A DNA stretch of 64,000 nucleotides from an uncultured delta proteobacterium (GTDB taxonomy: Bacteria; Myxococcota_A; Polyangia; Polyangiales; Polyangiaceae): contig CAVOKF010000007.1 in the NCBI GenBank assembly GCA_963696385.1, positions 128,001-192,000 on the forward strand, in the 5' to 3' direction. The notes below the pieces were generated by a model. It ran no database searches. It saw only the letters and a list, made by a program, of their open reading frames with translations, and was not told the DNA's origin. The stretch's first letter is position 1, and the number at the start of each line of letters is the position of its first letter. This document shows, one piece after another, positions 10,480 to 21,125 of this stretch. The translations under genes and the position numbers were made by a program.

Positions 10480-10814
10480 GATGTCACGTGCTCAGCAAGC
10501 GGCGCGCCACTCTGTGGCGGAGTACCGGGATGCCTCGCACTCGAAAAAAGAGAGCCTTTTGTACCGCGCGGACCGCGTCTCCTCGCGCCTGGTCGTCGGC
10601 CCTGCGAGGGGGTACGGTTCGTAACGCTCCGACTCGCGCGCAAGGCTTGCGCTGCATCGTATGCCTTGCGTCGGACCTGCCCGATTTCGTCACCTCCGGC
10701 TCACGGCGCCGCGGCCGGCGATTGCAGCACCCTTAGCGCAAAGCAGCTCGCCGCTTGACCTTCGCTGCGAAGACCCGACCGGGGTTGCAAGGGTCGAGGG
10801 CGCGATCCATATAC

Positions 10815-10830
10815 TGAACCACATGGCTCA
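10815..10830. promoter_or_regulatory. Imperfect palindrome, probable ArsR autoregulatory operator
   Basis: TGAACCA-CA-TGGCTCA (6/7 inverted match) overlapping the ArsR start codon. Confidence 0.5.
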
Positions 10831-11167
10831 CCATCAGTCGGCCCGCCTCGACCGGTCGTTCGCCGCTCTCTCCGATGCAACTCGGCGGGGCGTTCTGGAG
10901 CGCCTCGGACGAGGGGACGCGTCAATCACGGACCTCGCCGCCAGATTCGAGATGACCCTCACCGGGATGAAGAAGCACGTCAGCCTCCTGGAGGAGGCGG
11001 GTCTCGTGATCACCAAGAAAGTCGGCCGCGTGCGGACCTGCAAGCTGGGGCCGCGCCGGCTGGAGGATGAGACGGCATGGATCGAGAGGTACCGCCAACT
11101 CTGGGACGCACGCTTCGACGCACTCGATGAGCTGGTCCAAACGTTAACGAACAAGGAGGGCCAGTAG
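10823..11167 (+). CDS. ArsR/SmtB family transcriptional regulator
   Basis: FAALSDATRR.VL..L..GDASITDLA..F.MTLTGMKKHV..LE.AGLV.T.KVGRVR. Confidence 0.92.
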   Translation: MAHHQSARLDRSFAALSDATRRGVLERLGRGDASITDLAARFEMTLTGMKKHVSLLEEAGLVITKKVGRVRTCKLGPRRLEDETAWIERYRQLWDARFDALDELVQTLTNKEGQ

Positions 11168-11409
11168 CCGGTTCAAAGCCTGCCGGTCGACGAAGAAGCC
11201 AGCGCAGGACGAAGAGCCGCGGAGGCCGACCCGGAGAGCCTTCTTGTCCGACCGACACCCCATTGAGCCGACGCCCGCGCGGTCGTTTTCAGGGGGAACC
11301 GGGGAGCCCGACCGCTACCCGGCGACCTCCCTCGTCACGGGCGAGCATCCGCGCGATGTCGCTATCGCGCCTGTCGATTTTCCGCCGCTCGGACATCGAC
11401 GGAGCCACG

Positions 11410-11985
11410 TCACGGATCTGCGTCGTCGAGCTCCCCGACCGGGGACGAGTCCGTGACATCGTCCGACCCATCGACCTCGCCGGAGTCGGTCGCGGGCGTG
11501 CCGCAGGTGATGCCGGGCGAAACAATCACCGGAAAGACGCCCCAGCCTTCGGAGCTCGCGCTGTTGCATTGTGCCGTTTCGGACGAGTATCCGCAGTACG
11601 CATCGAGATCGCACGGCGTACCCTGTGCGGGAGGCACCGCCGGGCACCCAACGTTGCTCGAACAGTCCCAGCCGAGAGTGCCGTCGTCGTTGCTGTCGCA
11701 AACGCATGTCGTCGAACCGCAACAGGCCTGCTCGAAGATGAGAGAGCAGGTCGATCCAGGCGCTGGCGCCGGGCAATTCTGGCTCTCCGCGTCGCTCCGC
11801 CCGGTGGAACACGATGCCAGGGCCGACCCGACGGCCACGACGGGGAAAAGCCAATGCCCAAGCCAGCCTGCTCGAAGACAGAAGTCCGTTCTCGCACGAG
11901 ATTTCCGGGCTGATCGGACGGTCCTCGCTGCCGCCAAGCTTACCCAGCGAATGCCCAATCGGCTCCGAAGCATCCCGAGAATCAC
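11410..11985 (-). CDS. Cys-rich lipoprotein (start uncertain)
   Basis: VAVGSALASC lipobox, two CPAxxP..GxxC repeats, acidic tail. Confidence 0.55.
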   Translation of the reverse strand: MILGMLRSRLGIRWVSLAAARTVRSARKSRARTDFCLRAGWLGHWLFPVVAVGSALASCSTGRSDAESQNCPAPAPGSTCSLIFEQACCGSTTCVCDSNDDGTLGWDCSSNVGCPAVPPAQGTPCDLDAYCGYSSETAQCNSASSEGWGVFPVIVSPGITCGTPATDSGEVDGSDDVTDSSPVGELDDADP

Positions 11986-12893
11986 GGAGTCAGCAAGCCA
12001 GCTAGAGGTCCGTCACGCCGCAGAATCGAGCTCAATTGCTTGAACGGGATGTCGATGACAGCGGCCGACGCGATCACATGGGGCAGGTCGTTCGCGAAGA
12101 ACCGTAACCCAGATCTTGTGATGGCAAAATACGTCAACGCTCCCAAGTAATCATCGAGATTCAGAGAATCGACACCTTGTGACGATAGCTTGCGTAAGAG
12201 CTTTCGACGGATGAGGTCGAGAGTCGTCCTTTTCCACGACGCATCCGGCTTGCAGAGCGCAGCAAGTGTAAGGGACGAGGACGGCTTGCCGGCGCAGATG
12301 CTGAAGTTGTATGCGAAGTGATCCTCATTGGGATACGCACCCCCGAGGTCCGAATACGATTTGCATTCGATGCTCAAGAGTGTTGTCGTGGCCAGGGCCT
12401 CGTCGCACCGGATGTCGAGAACCATCTGGTTGGGCGTTCGTAAATCGCCTTCGGACCCGGCCGTGGCGTCGTCGGCGTCCTTCGTGAACGAACGCCGTCT
12501 GCTCACTAGGTCATCCGCAATGACGCCGTTGATCTCCTTGTCGACGACCGCATCGGAGGAGGAGACGTAGAGGTAGCTTGCCCGCACATCGTACTTGCCC
12601 TGTGGGGGGAGACTCCTGCGTTCGGTTTTTGGCGGTTGCGCGAGCGGAGAGCAGTCAAGCCCAGTTGGCTGAGTGGGACTTGACTTCGCGCCCTGCGCGT
12701 TTGCCACGGAAGCGGGAGGAATGAACGACGCTTCCGTCGTCGAGGCAGACGCGGAAGATGCATGCGAAGGGGCAGACGGAGACGGGTTTCGCGTCGTCTC
12801 AGCGCCCTTGGTCCGAGCGCAACTCGTGGATGCAAGACAGCCAAGGAAAACGAAAGCGTGGACTCGCTGCAACAGCGCGGCGGTTCGCATCAT
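11982..12893 (-). CDS. Lipoprotein with RsiV/PdaC-like (DUF4163/DUF3298) domain
   Basis: Lipobox LASTSC; LLSI...YSDLGGAYPN....YNF; FAIT.SGL.FF; IDIPFKQL. Confidence 0.75.
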   Translation of the reverse strand: MMRTAALLQRVHAFVFLGCLASTSCARTKGAETTRNPSPSAPSHASSASASTTEASFIPPASVANAQGAKSSPTQPTGLDCSPLAQPPKTERRSLPPQGKYDVRASYLYVSSSDAVVDKEINGVIADDLVSRRRSFTKDADDATAGSEGDLRTPNQMVLDIRCDEALATTTLLSIECKSYSDLGGAYPNEDHFAYNFSICAGKPSSSLTLAALCKPDASWKRTTLDLIRRKLLRKLSSQGVDSLNLDDYLGALTYFAITRSGLRFFANDLPHVIASAAVIDIPFKQLSSILRRDGPLAGLLTP

Positions 12894-13047
12894 GGTTGCA
12901 GTATGCCCCAGACCCGTTTGGCCGCCTGATAGCGACGAAGCCCTCGGCACGGTTCGCGGTCGCCGGCGGTTCCGATGGCAAACTGTTTCGGCTGGGCTAG
13001 CTACCTCTGCGACGCGCGACGAGGTCGCTCGCGAGGAGCCTTGAGCT

Positions 13048-13965
13048 ATGAAAGCGCTGGTATTCGACCGGGTTGGAGATGCTCGTGAGGTGCTCTCGCT
13101 GCGCGAGATCCCCGAGCCTGTTGCCGCAGACGGGCAGGTGCTTATTCGCGTCGAGGCGCGGCCCATTCATCCCGCCGACCTTAGTTTCATCCGCAACACA
13201 TACCGCATTCGGCCGAAGTTGCCGCAGATCGCCGGGCTCTCGGGAGCGGGCCGCGTCGTGACGACCGGAGCGGGCGTCGACCTACGAGCGGGAACCCGCG
13301 CTGCGTTTCGGTGGCCGGGAGCCTGGGCGGAGCTCGTCGCAGCGCCGATCGCGCGAGTCTTGACGGCACCTGACGACGTCTCCCTCGATGACGCCGCGCA
13401 GCTGCCCCTGAACCCGGTCACGGCGTGGGGCCTCCTGCACATGGCGGACGTGACGGGCCCCTCATGGATTGGCCTCACCGCGCCGTCGTCGTCCGTCGCC
13501 AAGCTCGTGGCGGCTCTCGCCGCCATGCGGGGCCTGCGTACCGTCGAGATCACGGCGAGCGCCGACGAGCTTCCGCACCTCGCTGAGAAGGTGCGCGCCG
13601 CTACGGGGGGCGAAGGGCTCGCAGCGCTGATCGACTGTGTCGGAGGCCCGATCGTCGATCACCTGTTTCCCGCGCTGCGCCAGGGCGCCACGCTGGTGGC
13701 TTACGGGACGCTGAGCAGCGAGGCGGCGGTCGTCCCCAACGCCGCGCTCGTGTACTCGAACCTCACGTGGAAGGGCTTCGGGATCGATCGCTGGCTCGAG
13801 GGGCTACGCCCTGGGGAACGGGCCGAGATGATCTCGGCGCTCTGGAATGCCATTCGAGAGGGTCGCCTTCCCCTCCCCGTCGGCGCGCGCGTTCCGCTGT
13901 CGGAGTTCGCCCGCGCGCTCGACGTGGCCGCGAGCGGAGGCGCCGGCAAGGTTCTGCTTGTTTGA
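13048..13965 (+). CDS. MDR superfamily (zinc-independent enoyl/quinone reductase-like) oxidoreductase
   Basis: GQVLIRV..RPIHPADL, NPVTAWGLL, DCVGG, YGTLS, GKVLL. Confidence 0.9.
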   Translation: MKALVFDRVGDAREVLSLREIPEPVAADGQVLIRVEARPIHPADLSFIRNTYRIRPKLPQIAGLSGAGRVVTTGAGVDLRAGTRAAFRWPGAWAELVAAPIARVLTAPDDVSLDDAAQLPLNPVTAWGLLHMADVTGPSWIGLTAPSSSVAKLVAALAAMRGLRTVEITASADELPHLAEKVRAATGGEGLAALIDCVGGPIVDHLFPALRQGATLVAYGTLSSEAAVVPNAALVYSNLTWKGFGIDRWLEGLRPGERAEMISALWNAIREGRLPLPVGARVPLSEFARALDVAASGGAGKVLLV

Positions 13966-14183
13966 GTCGACGTCACGCTCTTTGGGCTCGCGTTGGAAGC
14001 GTCAATCCGGCAGACCACGGGCGCTCCGTAAGGATGTGAGAGCGCGCGTCTGCGAGTGCCCGGAGGCCCAGCGATCGCGATTCACGTTGATCCCGGCGAG
14101 GGACCGATCATGACCCCGACTGCGCTTCCTGCTGCCACTGCGCGGCGGTGCCCTGGCCGGACTCTTCGCTGGCTGAATTCTCG

Positions 14184-14630
14184 TCACGCCCTCTTCGTCA
14201 TCACGGCGTCGTACCGGCGCTGCATCTCCTCGGGCGTGACCTTCTCGATGTCGTGGCCGATGAGCCACTCGTGTCCGAACGGGTCACGCACGCTGCCGCT
14301 GCGCTCCCCGTAGAACTGGTCGACCGGCTCGCGCAGGACCTTGGCGCCCGCCCGAACGGCGCGGGCGATGAGCGCATCCGCGTCGTCGACGTGCAGGTGC
14401 AACGAGAACGTCGTACCGCCCACGGTCTGCGGCCCCACGATCCCGCGCTCGGGGTACTCCTCCGAGACCATCACCGTCGTACCGCCGAAGTCGAGCTCGC
14501 AGTGCCCGATGCGTCCGCCGGGCTCGGTCAGACGGTACTTCTCGGTCGCGCCGAACGCGGCCTGGTAGAACTCGATGGCGGCCGGAGCGTTCTGCACGCG
14601 CAGATACGGGAAGACTTCCTTGATCGTCAT
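14184..14630 (-). CDS. VOC/glyoxalase family protein (PhnB-like)
   Basis: PYL.V..A..AIEFY..AFGA, DQFYGERSG.VRDPFGHEW. Confidence 0.92.
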   Translation of the reverse strand: MTIKEVFPYLRVQNAPAAIEFYQAAFGATEKYRLTEPGGRIGHCELDFGGTTVMVSEEYPERGIVGPQTVGGTTFSLHLHVDDADALIARAVRAGAKVLREPVDQFYGERSGSVRDPFGHEWLIGHDIEKVTPEEMQRRYDAVMTKRA

Positions 14631-14795
14631 GGGTCGCCTCGTGGAAGAGCGGCGTGCAACGGCGCGCTCCAGGGTCTTGAAGAAATCTTACCGCGAGGCG
14701 TCCTTGTGCGCGACCCGGAATGTCACGCGAGAACCACAGCAAATAGGGCGTACGGCTCCGCGCGAGCCTCCGATGCAAGTCTCTCGTGGCGTTCG

Positions 14796-17700
14796 TCAGC
14801 CGTCCAGCACCTCGCGGACCTTCTTGGTCAGCGTCGTGGGCGTGATCGGCTTCGGAAGGAAGGCGATCCCCGGGCCCAGCTCGCCGCCACGAAGGGCGTC
14901 GTCGGTGTAACCCGACATGCAGAGGATCTTCATGGTCGGTCGTGTCGCCGCGAGCCTCCCGGCCAGCTCGGGTCCCCTCAGGTGCGGCATCACGATGTCG
15001 GTGAGCAAGAGGTCGATCCGCCCCGGGTATTTTTCGGACAGGGCGAGCGCATCGCGCCCATCGGGTGCAGCGATGACACGGTAGCCCCCACGCTCGAGAA
15101 CGGCGCGCGCGACGGCGCGCAACTGCTCGTCGTCCTCGACCAAGAGGATTGTCTCGGAGCCGCGCAGCGTCGTCGGCGCCGCGGGAGCTCGCGACGGACG
15201 GAGCACCTCTGCGTCCACCACCGGAAGGTACACCTCGAAGCACGTCCCCTTCCCCGGTTCACTCTCGAACCCGATGCGTCCCCCGCTTTGCTGGACGATG
15301 CCGAAGACGGTCGACAGGCCGAGGCCCGTGCCCTTGCCCCTCTCCTTCGTCGTGAAGAAGGGCTCGAAGACGCGAGCTTGCGTCGCCTCGTCCATGCCCG
15401 TGCCGGTGTCGGTCACGGCGAGGAGCACGTGCCGACCCGCCTTCGCGCCGAGGTGATCGCGGACGTAGGCCTCGTCAAGCACCGCGTCGGAGGTTTCGAT
15501 GGTGAGGGTTCCGCCTGCCGGCATGGCGTCGCGGGCGTTCACGACGAGGTTCATGAGCACTTGCTCGAATCGAACCGCGATCGACCCTCACCTTTCCGAT
15601 CGAGGACGACAGCCTCGAGACCACGGCCACGTCCTCGCCCACCAGGCGGCGAAGCATCTTCTGCACGTCGGAGATGATTTCGTTCAGGTCGAGGACCTTC
15701 GGCTCGATCACCTGCTGCCGGCTGAACATCAGGAGCTGCCTCGTGAGCGCGGTGGCCCGCTCCGACGCCTTGAGGATCTGCTCGACGTCGGCGCGCGACG
15801 GGTGGCCGGGCTCGTGGTCCATCATGAGCGCGTCCGCGTAGCTCAAGATCACCGACAGAATGTTGTTGAAATCGTGTGCCACGCCACCCGCGAGCCTGCC
15901 GACCGCTTCCATCTTCTGAGCCTGCCGGAACTGCGCGTCGAGGGCGGCGATCGCCTCCGCGGCCTTTTTGCGCTCCGTCAGATCGACCGAGAGCGAGATC
16001 ATTTGCTCCCCCCCCTGCAACGCCGCCACGCCGACCAGCACGGGAACGCGGGTGCCGTCCTTACGGAAGTACTCCTTCTCGCGGGGCTCCGCGCGGCCGA
16101 ACCGGTGGAGCAGATCGGCGGTCTGCACACCCCACTGCGCCCACTCCGGCGGCGTGGCCTTCCGCCAATCGAGCTCCGTGAGGTCGTCGTGCGTGTAGCC
16201 GAGCATCGTGAGGAAGGTGTCGTTCGCCTCGTAGACCCGACCGGAGCCGTCGGCGACGACGATCCCGATGATCCCCGACTCGAAGAGCGCCGTGAACCGC
16301 TGCTGCGAGACGACGAGCGCATCGTCGACGGCCTTGCGGTCCGTGACATCGCGGATGTTGGCGACGACGGCGCCGATCTCGGGCCGGTCGAGCAGGTTCC
16401 TCGCGATCACCTCGATCCAGCGAACCGTTCCGTCGGGCCGGACGAGCCGTCGCACGGCGGGTGGGGTGGAGGACCGGTCGAGGAGCCGTCGCCGGTGGTC
16501 GGCCGCCGCAGCGAGATCGTCGGGGTGCGTGTACTGGCGGAAATTCGTCCCGACCAGCTCGGACGCCGCGCGCCCGAACATCCTCCCGACGGAAGGACTC
16601 GCGTACACGATCACTCCCTCGGCCGTGCTGAGCAAGACCCCGTCGGCGCTGTGCTCGACCAGCGTCTGGAAGCGCACCTGCTCTGTGAGAGCCGCCGCCT
16701 CGGCGCGCTTGCGCTCCGTCATGTCGAGCGCGATCCCCAGGACGTGGGAGTCGTCCAGCACGGCCGCGGTGGCCAGGAGCGACAGGTGGCTGCCGTCCTT
16801 GCGGAGCATCACCTTGTCCCAGGGCGCCGTGACTCCCTCGGCGGCCAGTTGCGCGGTGGCTTGCTCGTCGGCCTTGCGTGACCCCGGCTCCGTGAGCTCG
16901 GCCCAGCGAGCGCACTCGGCGAGGAGCTCGTCGCGCGAGTAGCCGAGCATCCTGGCGCCGGCCTCGTTCACGTCGACGAGGGTGCCGTTTTTGTCGACGA
17001 TGACCATGAAGACGAGGCTGGAGTCCCAGAGCCGCCGGAAGCGCGTCTCGCTGGCGCGGAGAGCGCGATCTTGGCTCTCGGCGAGCTCCACGTGGGCGCG
17101 CGCGAGCGCGGCCTCGGTCCTCTTGCGCTCGGTGACGTCGCGGATCGCGCTCAACACCCTCAGGCCCTCGTGGGTCTCGATCGGGCTCAGGCTGATCTCG
17201 ACGGGGAACTCGCTCCCATCCTTGCGAACCGCATAGAGCTCGAGGCCGGAGCCCATCGCGCGGGTGTTCGGCCCCCGAAGGAAGTCACTCCGATGCGTGG
17301 CGTGGCTGGCGCGAAAGCGCGCCGGGAGCAGGATCTCGACGGGCTTCTGAAGGAGCTCCCAGCGCGAATAGCCAAAGAGCTTCTCCGCTTGGTCGTTCGC
17401 TACGACGATGCGCCCGCTCTCGTCGATGACGACCATCGCGTCGGGAGCGGCGTCCAGCAGGCTGCGACCCCTGGCCTCGACGGCCGCCTGCTCGCGCTGA
17501 GCCGTGACGTCCCTGTGGTGGACGGCGATGAAGGGCGGGAGGCCGGCTGCGGGGGTCACGAGCCGATACAGACTGTCGACGAAAACGAGCGAGCCGTCCC
17601 TGCGCATGCGCGCGGCCTCGAAGTGGATCTGGCCCTCGACGAGCACCTCGGCGCGTTTGCTCGAGGCCTCTCTTCGGCCGTCGGCCGGGACGATGAGGTC

Positions 17701-17868
17701 GTCGATCGAGCGTCCGAGAACCTCCGCCCGCTCGTACCCGAAGAGGGTGGCCGCCGCCTGGTTCCAGAAGAGCACCGCTCCTTCCGGCGATAGGGCCATG
17801 AGCGGGTCGCGCGACCCGTCCACAAGAGCCGCTGCGAAGTCGAATCGCCCCTGGCGCTGCGCATCCAT
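14796..17868 (-). CDS. Multi-PAS hybrid sensor histidine kinase with receiver domain (one +1 frameshift at ~15568)
   Basis: About 5 PAS/PAC repeats, QAQKMEAVGRLAGGVAHDFNN H-box, NLVVNARDAM, FEPFFTTK, GTGLGL, receiver LLLTDIVMP; removing one A at 15568-15569 joins ORFs 15475..18291 and 14796..15560 as DRGSIEQVLMN. Confidence 0.9.
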
Positions 17869-18079
17869 GATGATGGCCCCCTCACCGACCACAAGCATAA
17901 GGCCAACCGGAGACCGAACGCGGATAAAGGTCCCGCGCGCGCGAAGGAGAAGGAGTTCACCCAGCCGCCCTTCGCGGCCCCGCACAGATTTGCGGCATGC
18001 CCGCGAACGGCTCCCGTTCGCGCCGAGCCAGCCCGTCGGACTAAAGTGTCGCGCCATGCCGACCGTAAAAAATGGCGTG

Positions 18080-18485
18080 ATGAATCGCGGGCGCGTTTTG
18101 TTGGTGGATGACGACGAAGCGGTCGCGAAGGGCTTTGAGCGAGTGCTCGGGATGGTCGGATACGAGACGCGGTGGGCGTGCAATGGACTCGTTGCGCTCC
18201 AAATGCTCAACGAATCCCGCTTCGATGCCATGGTCTGCGACCTCTTCATGCCGGAGCGCCAAGGACTCGAGACCATCCGGGATGTCCGCAAGCTCTACCC
18301 CGCAATGGGCATCGTGGTGGCTTCCGGTGGGTTCGGTACGACCGAGGTCTCGCTTTGGCTCAAGACGGCGCTCGCCCTGGGAGCTGTCGCGGCCCTAGCA
18401 AAACCCGTGTCGAGCGGAGATTCTCATGAGCGCGGTACGAAAGGCGGTTATGGGGCCACCAGGAAAAATTCGTACGGAATGTTGA
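18080..18485 (+). CDS. Stand-alone response regulator receiver (apparent +1 frameshift at ~18421)
   Basis: VLLVDDD, CDLFMPE, ASGG, AKP; removing one T gives KPVSSGDLMSAVRKAV..TEC*. Confidence 0.8.
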
Positions 18486-18675
18486 CCGGGGGGCTCCTCG
18501 GCCGGGATTCGCACGAGTCACTGCCCACAGTATTGCGCGCCGACGGCCCGCAACCATGCGCCAAAGTCCGCAGATTTCGATCGCGGGCGGAACTCGACCG
18601 CCCGCCGCAGGCGGAAACGAAAAGATCGAGGCTCGAGAGGGCCGCGAGAGCAACGCGAAAGCCTCGATAGTGCAT
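18448..18675 (-). CDS. Possible small lipoprotein or remnant
   Basis: GAGGAG upstream; MHYRGFRVALAALSSLDLFVSACGG lipobox-like. Confidence 0.25.
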   Translation of the reverse strand: MHYRGFRVALAALSSLDLFVSACGGRSSSARDRNLRTLAHGCGPSARNTVGSDSCESRPRSPPVNIPYEFFLVAP

Positions 18676-18984
18676 GGCGGACGTATCTCCTCGCGCGCGT
18701 GGCAATCTCGCTCGCTCAGCCCTTTCCCTCATCTCAATGGCGTCCGCCCCAAGCGAAGTCGACCGATCAAAATCCGTCCGAAATACTTGTGACTTGAGAC
18801 GGTCTATTCCGTCACAAAAGCGACATTTGCGGTCCCACCTGGGACTACACCGCTCGATCTGCATGGCCCGATCGGCTCGACGCGAGCAGGGCCCCATCCA
18901 GCGTTCCCGACCCAGCCCACCCGCGGGCAAGGAGCCGACGCCGGCCTCCGATAGCGAGCTCGGCTGGCACGAAAGGGATACGCC

Positions 18985-20343
18985 GTGTCAGCGGGCAATG
19001 TTACATCCGCGCTGGCCTTGCGCGCTCGCCTGTTGTTCGCTTTTGTCGTCGCCTTCGTAGCGCTTCACTTTTTCGCGCCGCACGATGCCTGGTGCGTCAA
19101 CTACTTCCGCACGCCCGCACGTATCCTACTGCTCGGCGCGCTCGGGTGTACCTACGTCCCGTTCACTTCATTTCATGAGCCGAGCCGCCGCCTCTCCGAA
19201 TGGTTGGACACAAGACCTCGCCGCGTGCGACTTGCCCTGTATGCGGCCCTATCGTCGCTGTCGCTCGTGCCTTTCTATTGGCTTTCGGATCGTCGCCGCT
19301 ACGGCGACGGCCCCGGACTCATCTCCTCCATCACCCAAGGTTATCAGTACGACCCGCACGCCCCGCTCGGCATTTACCTTCAGTCGGCACTGTATCGCTT
19401 CACCCGTCGGACGTTCGGCCTAACCGCAGCAGAAAGCTGGGGCTGGACGAGCGCCGTGTCCGGAACGCTCTTTCTTTTCGCCTTGCTTGTCTTTTCTGAA
19501 GCCGAATTGTTCTGTCGAGCACGTTTCGGTCGATGTCTATTTATTTGTCTCGTACTTTCCCAGGCCTCTACACAGCTCTTTTTTTTTGAAGTCGAAGATT
19601 ATGCGATCAGCACATTCTTCGTGCTTCTGTACATCGCCACCGCCTATACATCGCTCGACCGGAGGTCCGTGCCGTTTGCGGCGGGCTTGTCGCTGGGCTT
19701 GGCACTCACCTTTTCGATGTCCACCGCGTTTTTACTTCCGTCCTTCGCGTGGCTCACGTTGGAGCGCGTCCGGGCGGCTCGGAAGGCCTCGTCCACGACG
19801 GGACCGGTCACAACCGGACTCGTTGCCGTCGCGAGCATCGCGTCGCCGTTGCTTCTGGTTTTTGGTTTCCTTGCGCTGGTCGAAAAAGTGGATGCGATCG
19901 CGCTGTACCGGCACTCTCACCTGGCGAACTACCGTGTGTACATGCGGCTCTACGGTGCCCCGAGATCGACCCTTTCGTTGCAGCACATGACCGACGTCCT
20001 TCAGCTCAACGTTCTGGTTGCACCGTTCAGCGTCCTACTCTCTGCGATATTCCTGCCCGCGGCGGCGCGTTACGGCGCGCTCTCGGATGCGTTTTTTCGG
20101 TTCTGCGCGGCACTCACCCTATGCGCTTGGGTTTTTCTGATCTTCTGGATTCCAGGATTTCCGATGCAAATCGACTGGGATTTGTTTTCGATGTTTGCCT
20201 TGCCTACGACGACGTTTGCGTTTTTAACGGTTCTGTACTCGCGCTGCCTTGCGGATCCTCGGACGCGGCGCAGTTTCTTTCAACTGTTGAGTGTCGCTGC
20301 CGTCCATACCGCCGTCTGGATATGGACCGGGCATTTTACTTGA
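18985..20343 (+). CDS. Polytopic membrane protein, possibly GT-C-fold glycosyltransferase
   Basis: About 11 hydrophobic segments, early YGDG loop, H.PLG, EVEDY, DWDLFS; lower GC. Confidence 0.65.
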   Translation: MSAGNVTSALALRARLLFAFVVAFVALHFFAPHDAWCVNYFRTPARILLLGALGCTYVPFTSFHEPSRRLSEWLDTRPRRVRLALYAALSSLSLVPFYWLSDRRRYGDGPGLISSITQGYQYDPHAPLGIYLQSALYRFTRRTFGLTAAESWGWTSAVSGTLFLFALLVFSEAELFCRARFGRCLFICLVLSQASTQLFFFEVEDYAISTFFVLLYIATAYTSLDRRSVPFAAGLSLGLALTFSMSTAFLLPSFAWLTLERVRAARKASSTTGPVTTGLVAVASIASPLLLVFGFLALVEKVDAIALYRHSHLANYRVYMRLYGAPRSTLSLQHMTDVLQLNVLVAPFSVLLSAIFLPAAARYGALSDAFFRFCAALTLCAWVFLIFWIPGFPMQIDWDLFSMFALPTTTFAFLTVLYSRCLADPRTRRSFFQLLSVAAVHTAVWIWTGHFT

Positions 20344-20375
20344 CCCCAACGGGTCCCATCTCGCTGGTCTCGCAC

Positions 20376-20772
20376 TCATTGCCCCAACGCACGCAGCAGC
20401 AGCAGCGTCATCACCAAGCCGACGAGCGTCGCGGTGGCCCCGAACGCGTAGACGGCCATCGCGCCGGGCGCGCCTACATCCCCCCGATCGATGGCCCGAC
20501 GGATCTGTGCGTAGCGAATCGTCGCGACCAGGTTCGCGAGCATCCCGAGCGCGACGAGCAGCGCTCCCACCCAGGCGGACTCCACGCCGTGCGGGAGCCG
20601 GGCGTAGGGTTGACCCATGCTCGCGACCTGGCGGAGGAAGACACCAAAGCGGGCGATCGCGAATCCGAACGCCATCAGGGCGATCCCGGTGCGGATCCAG
20701 GCCAGCATCGTTCGCTCGTTCGCCTGATGCAGCCGAATCGTTTCCGCTTTCCATCGTCGGTGGGCTGCCCAT
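20376..20772 (-). CDS. DUF202 (YidH-like) membrane protein (probable +1 frameshift at ~20736)
   Basis: [23 protein letters not shown]; 3 TM segments; natural N-terminus [12 protein letters not shown] lies in the adjacent frame. Confidence 0.85.
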
Positions 20773-20861
20773 TGGCAGTCGAGCGTACACGCGCCAAAGG
20801 TTTCGCGCGCGCACTGAGCCGAGAGGTGGACTCCTGGAGGACGGCCATAGACATCGAAGAC

Positions 20862-20904
20862 CATCCTTGCAACTTCAATTTGCCTCGTTCAACATGCAAG
20901 GATG
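20862..20904. repeat. Perfect 10-bp inverted repeat (23-bp spacer) including a start codon
   Basis: CATCCTTGCA (20862-20871) / TGCAAGGATG (20895-20904). Confidence 0.7.
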
Positions 20905-21080
20905 ATTTTGCGCCGCGCCCTACATACCGTTCAGGAAGCCCTGAGCCGGCAGTCGGCCGTGGCTTGCTTGGACCCCGCCAGCTGGACGATGCTCGCGCAC
21001 AGCCAGGGCTCACTGCTTAATGCCTCGCGCCTGGCGGCCGGGCTTTCGATCGGCATGCCGACGATCGTCCGCTATCGACT
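20902..21080 (+). pseudogene. Internally deleted AAA_14/DUF4143 ATP-binding protein remnant
   Basis: MILRR..VQEALSRQSAVA then (frameshifted) LLGPRQ Walker A start, fused directly to WTMLAHSQGSLLNASRLAAGLSIGMPTIVRY from mid-protein. Confidence 0.7.
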
Positions 21081-21125
21081 GGGAGTCGGGCCACGTCAAC
21101 CTGCAGTCATGCTCGGGAAGCCGGA

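Noticed and set aside
15560..15580. Programmed frameshifting in the kinase or baseplate J
   Set aside because: No slippery heptamer; the shared GATC context points to sequencing error.
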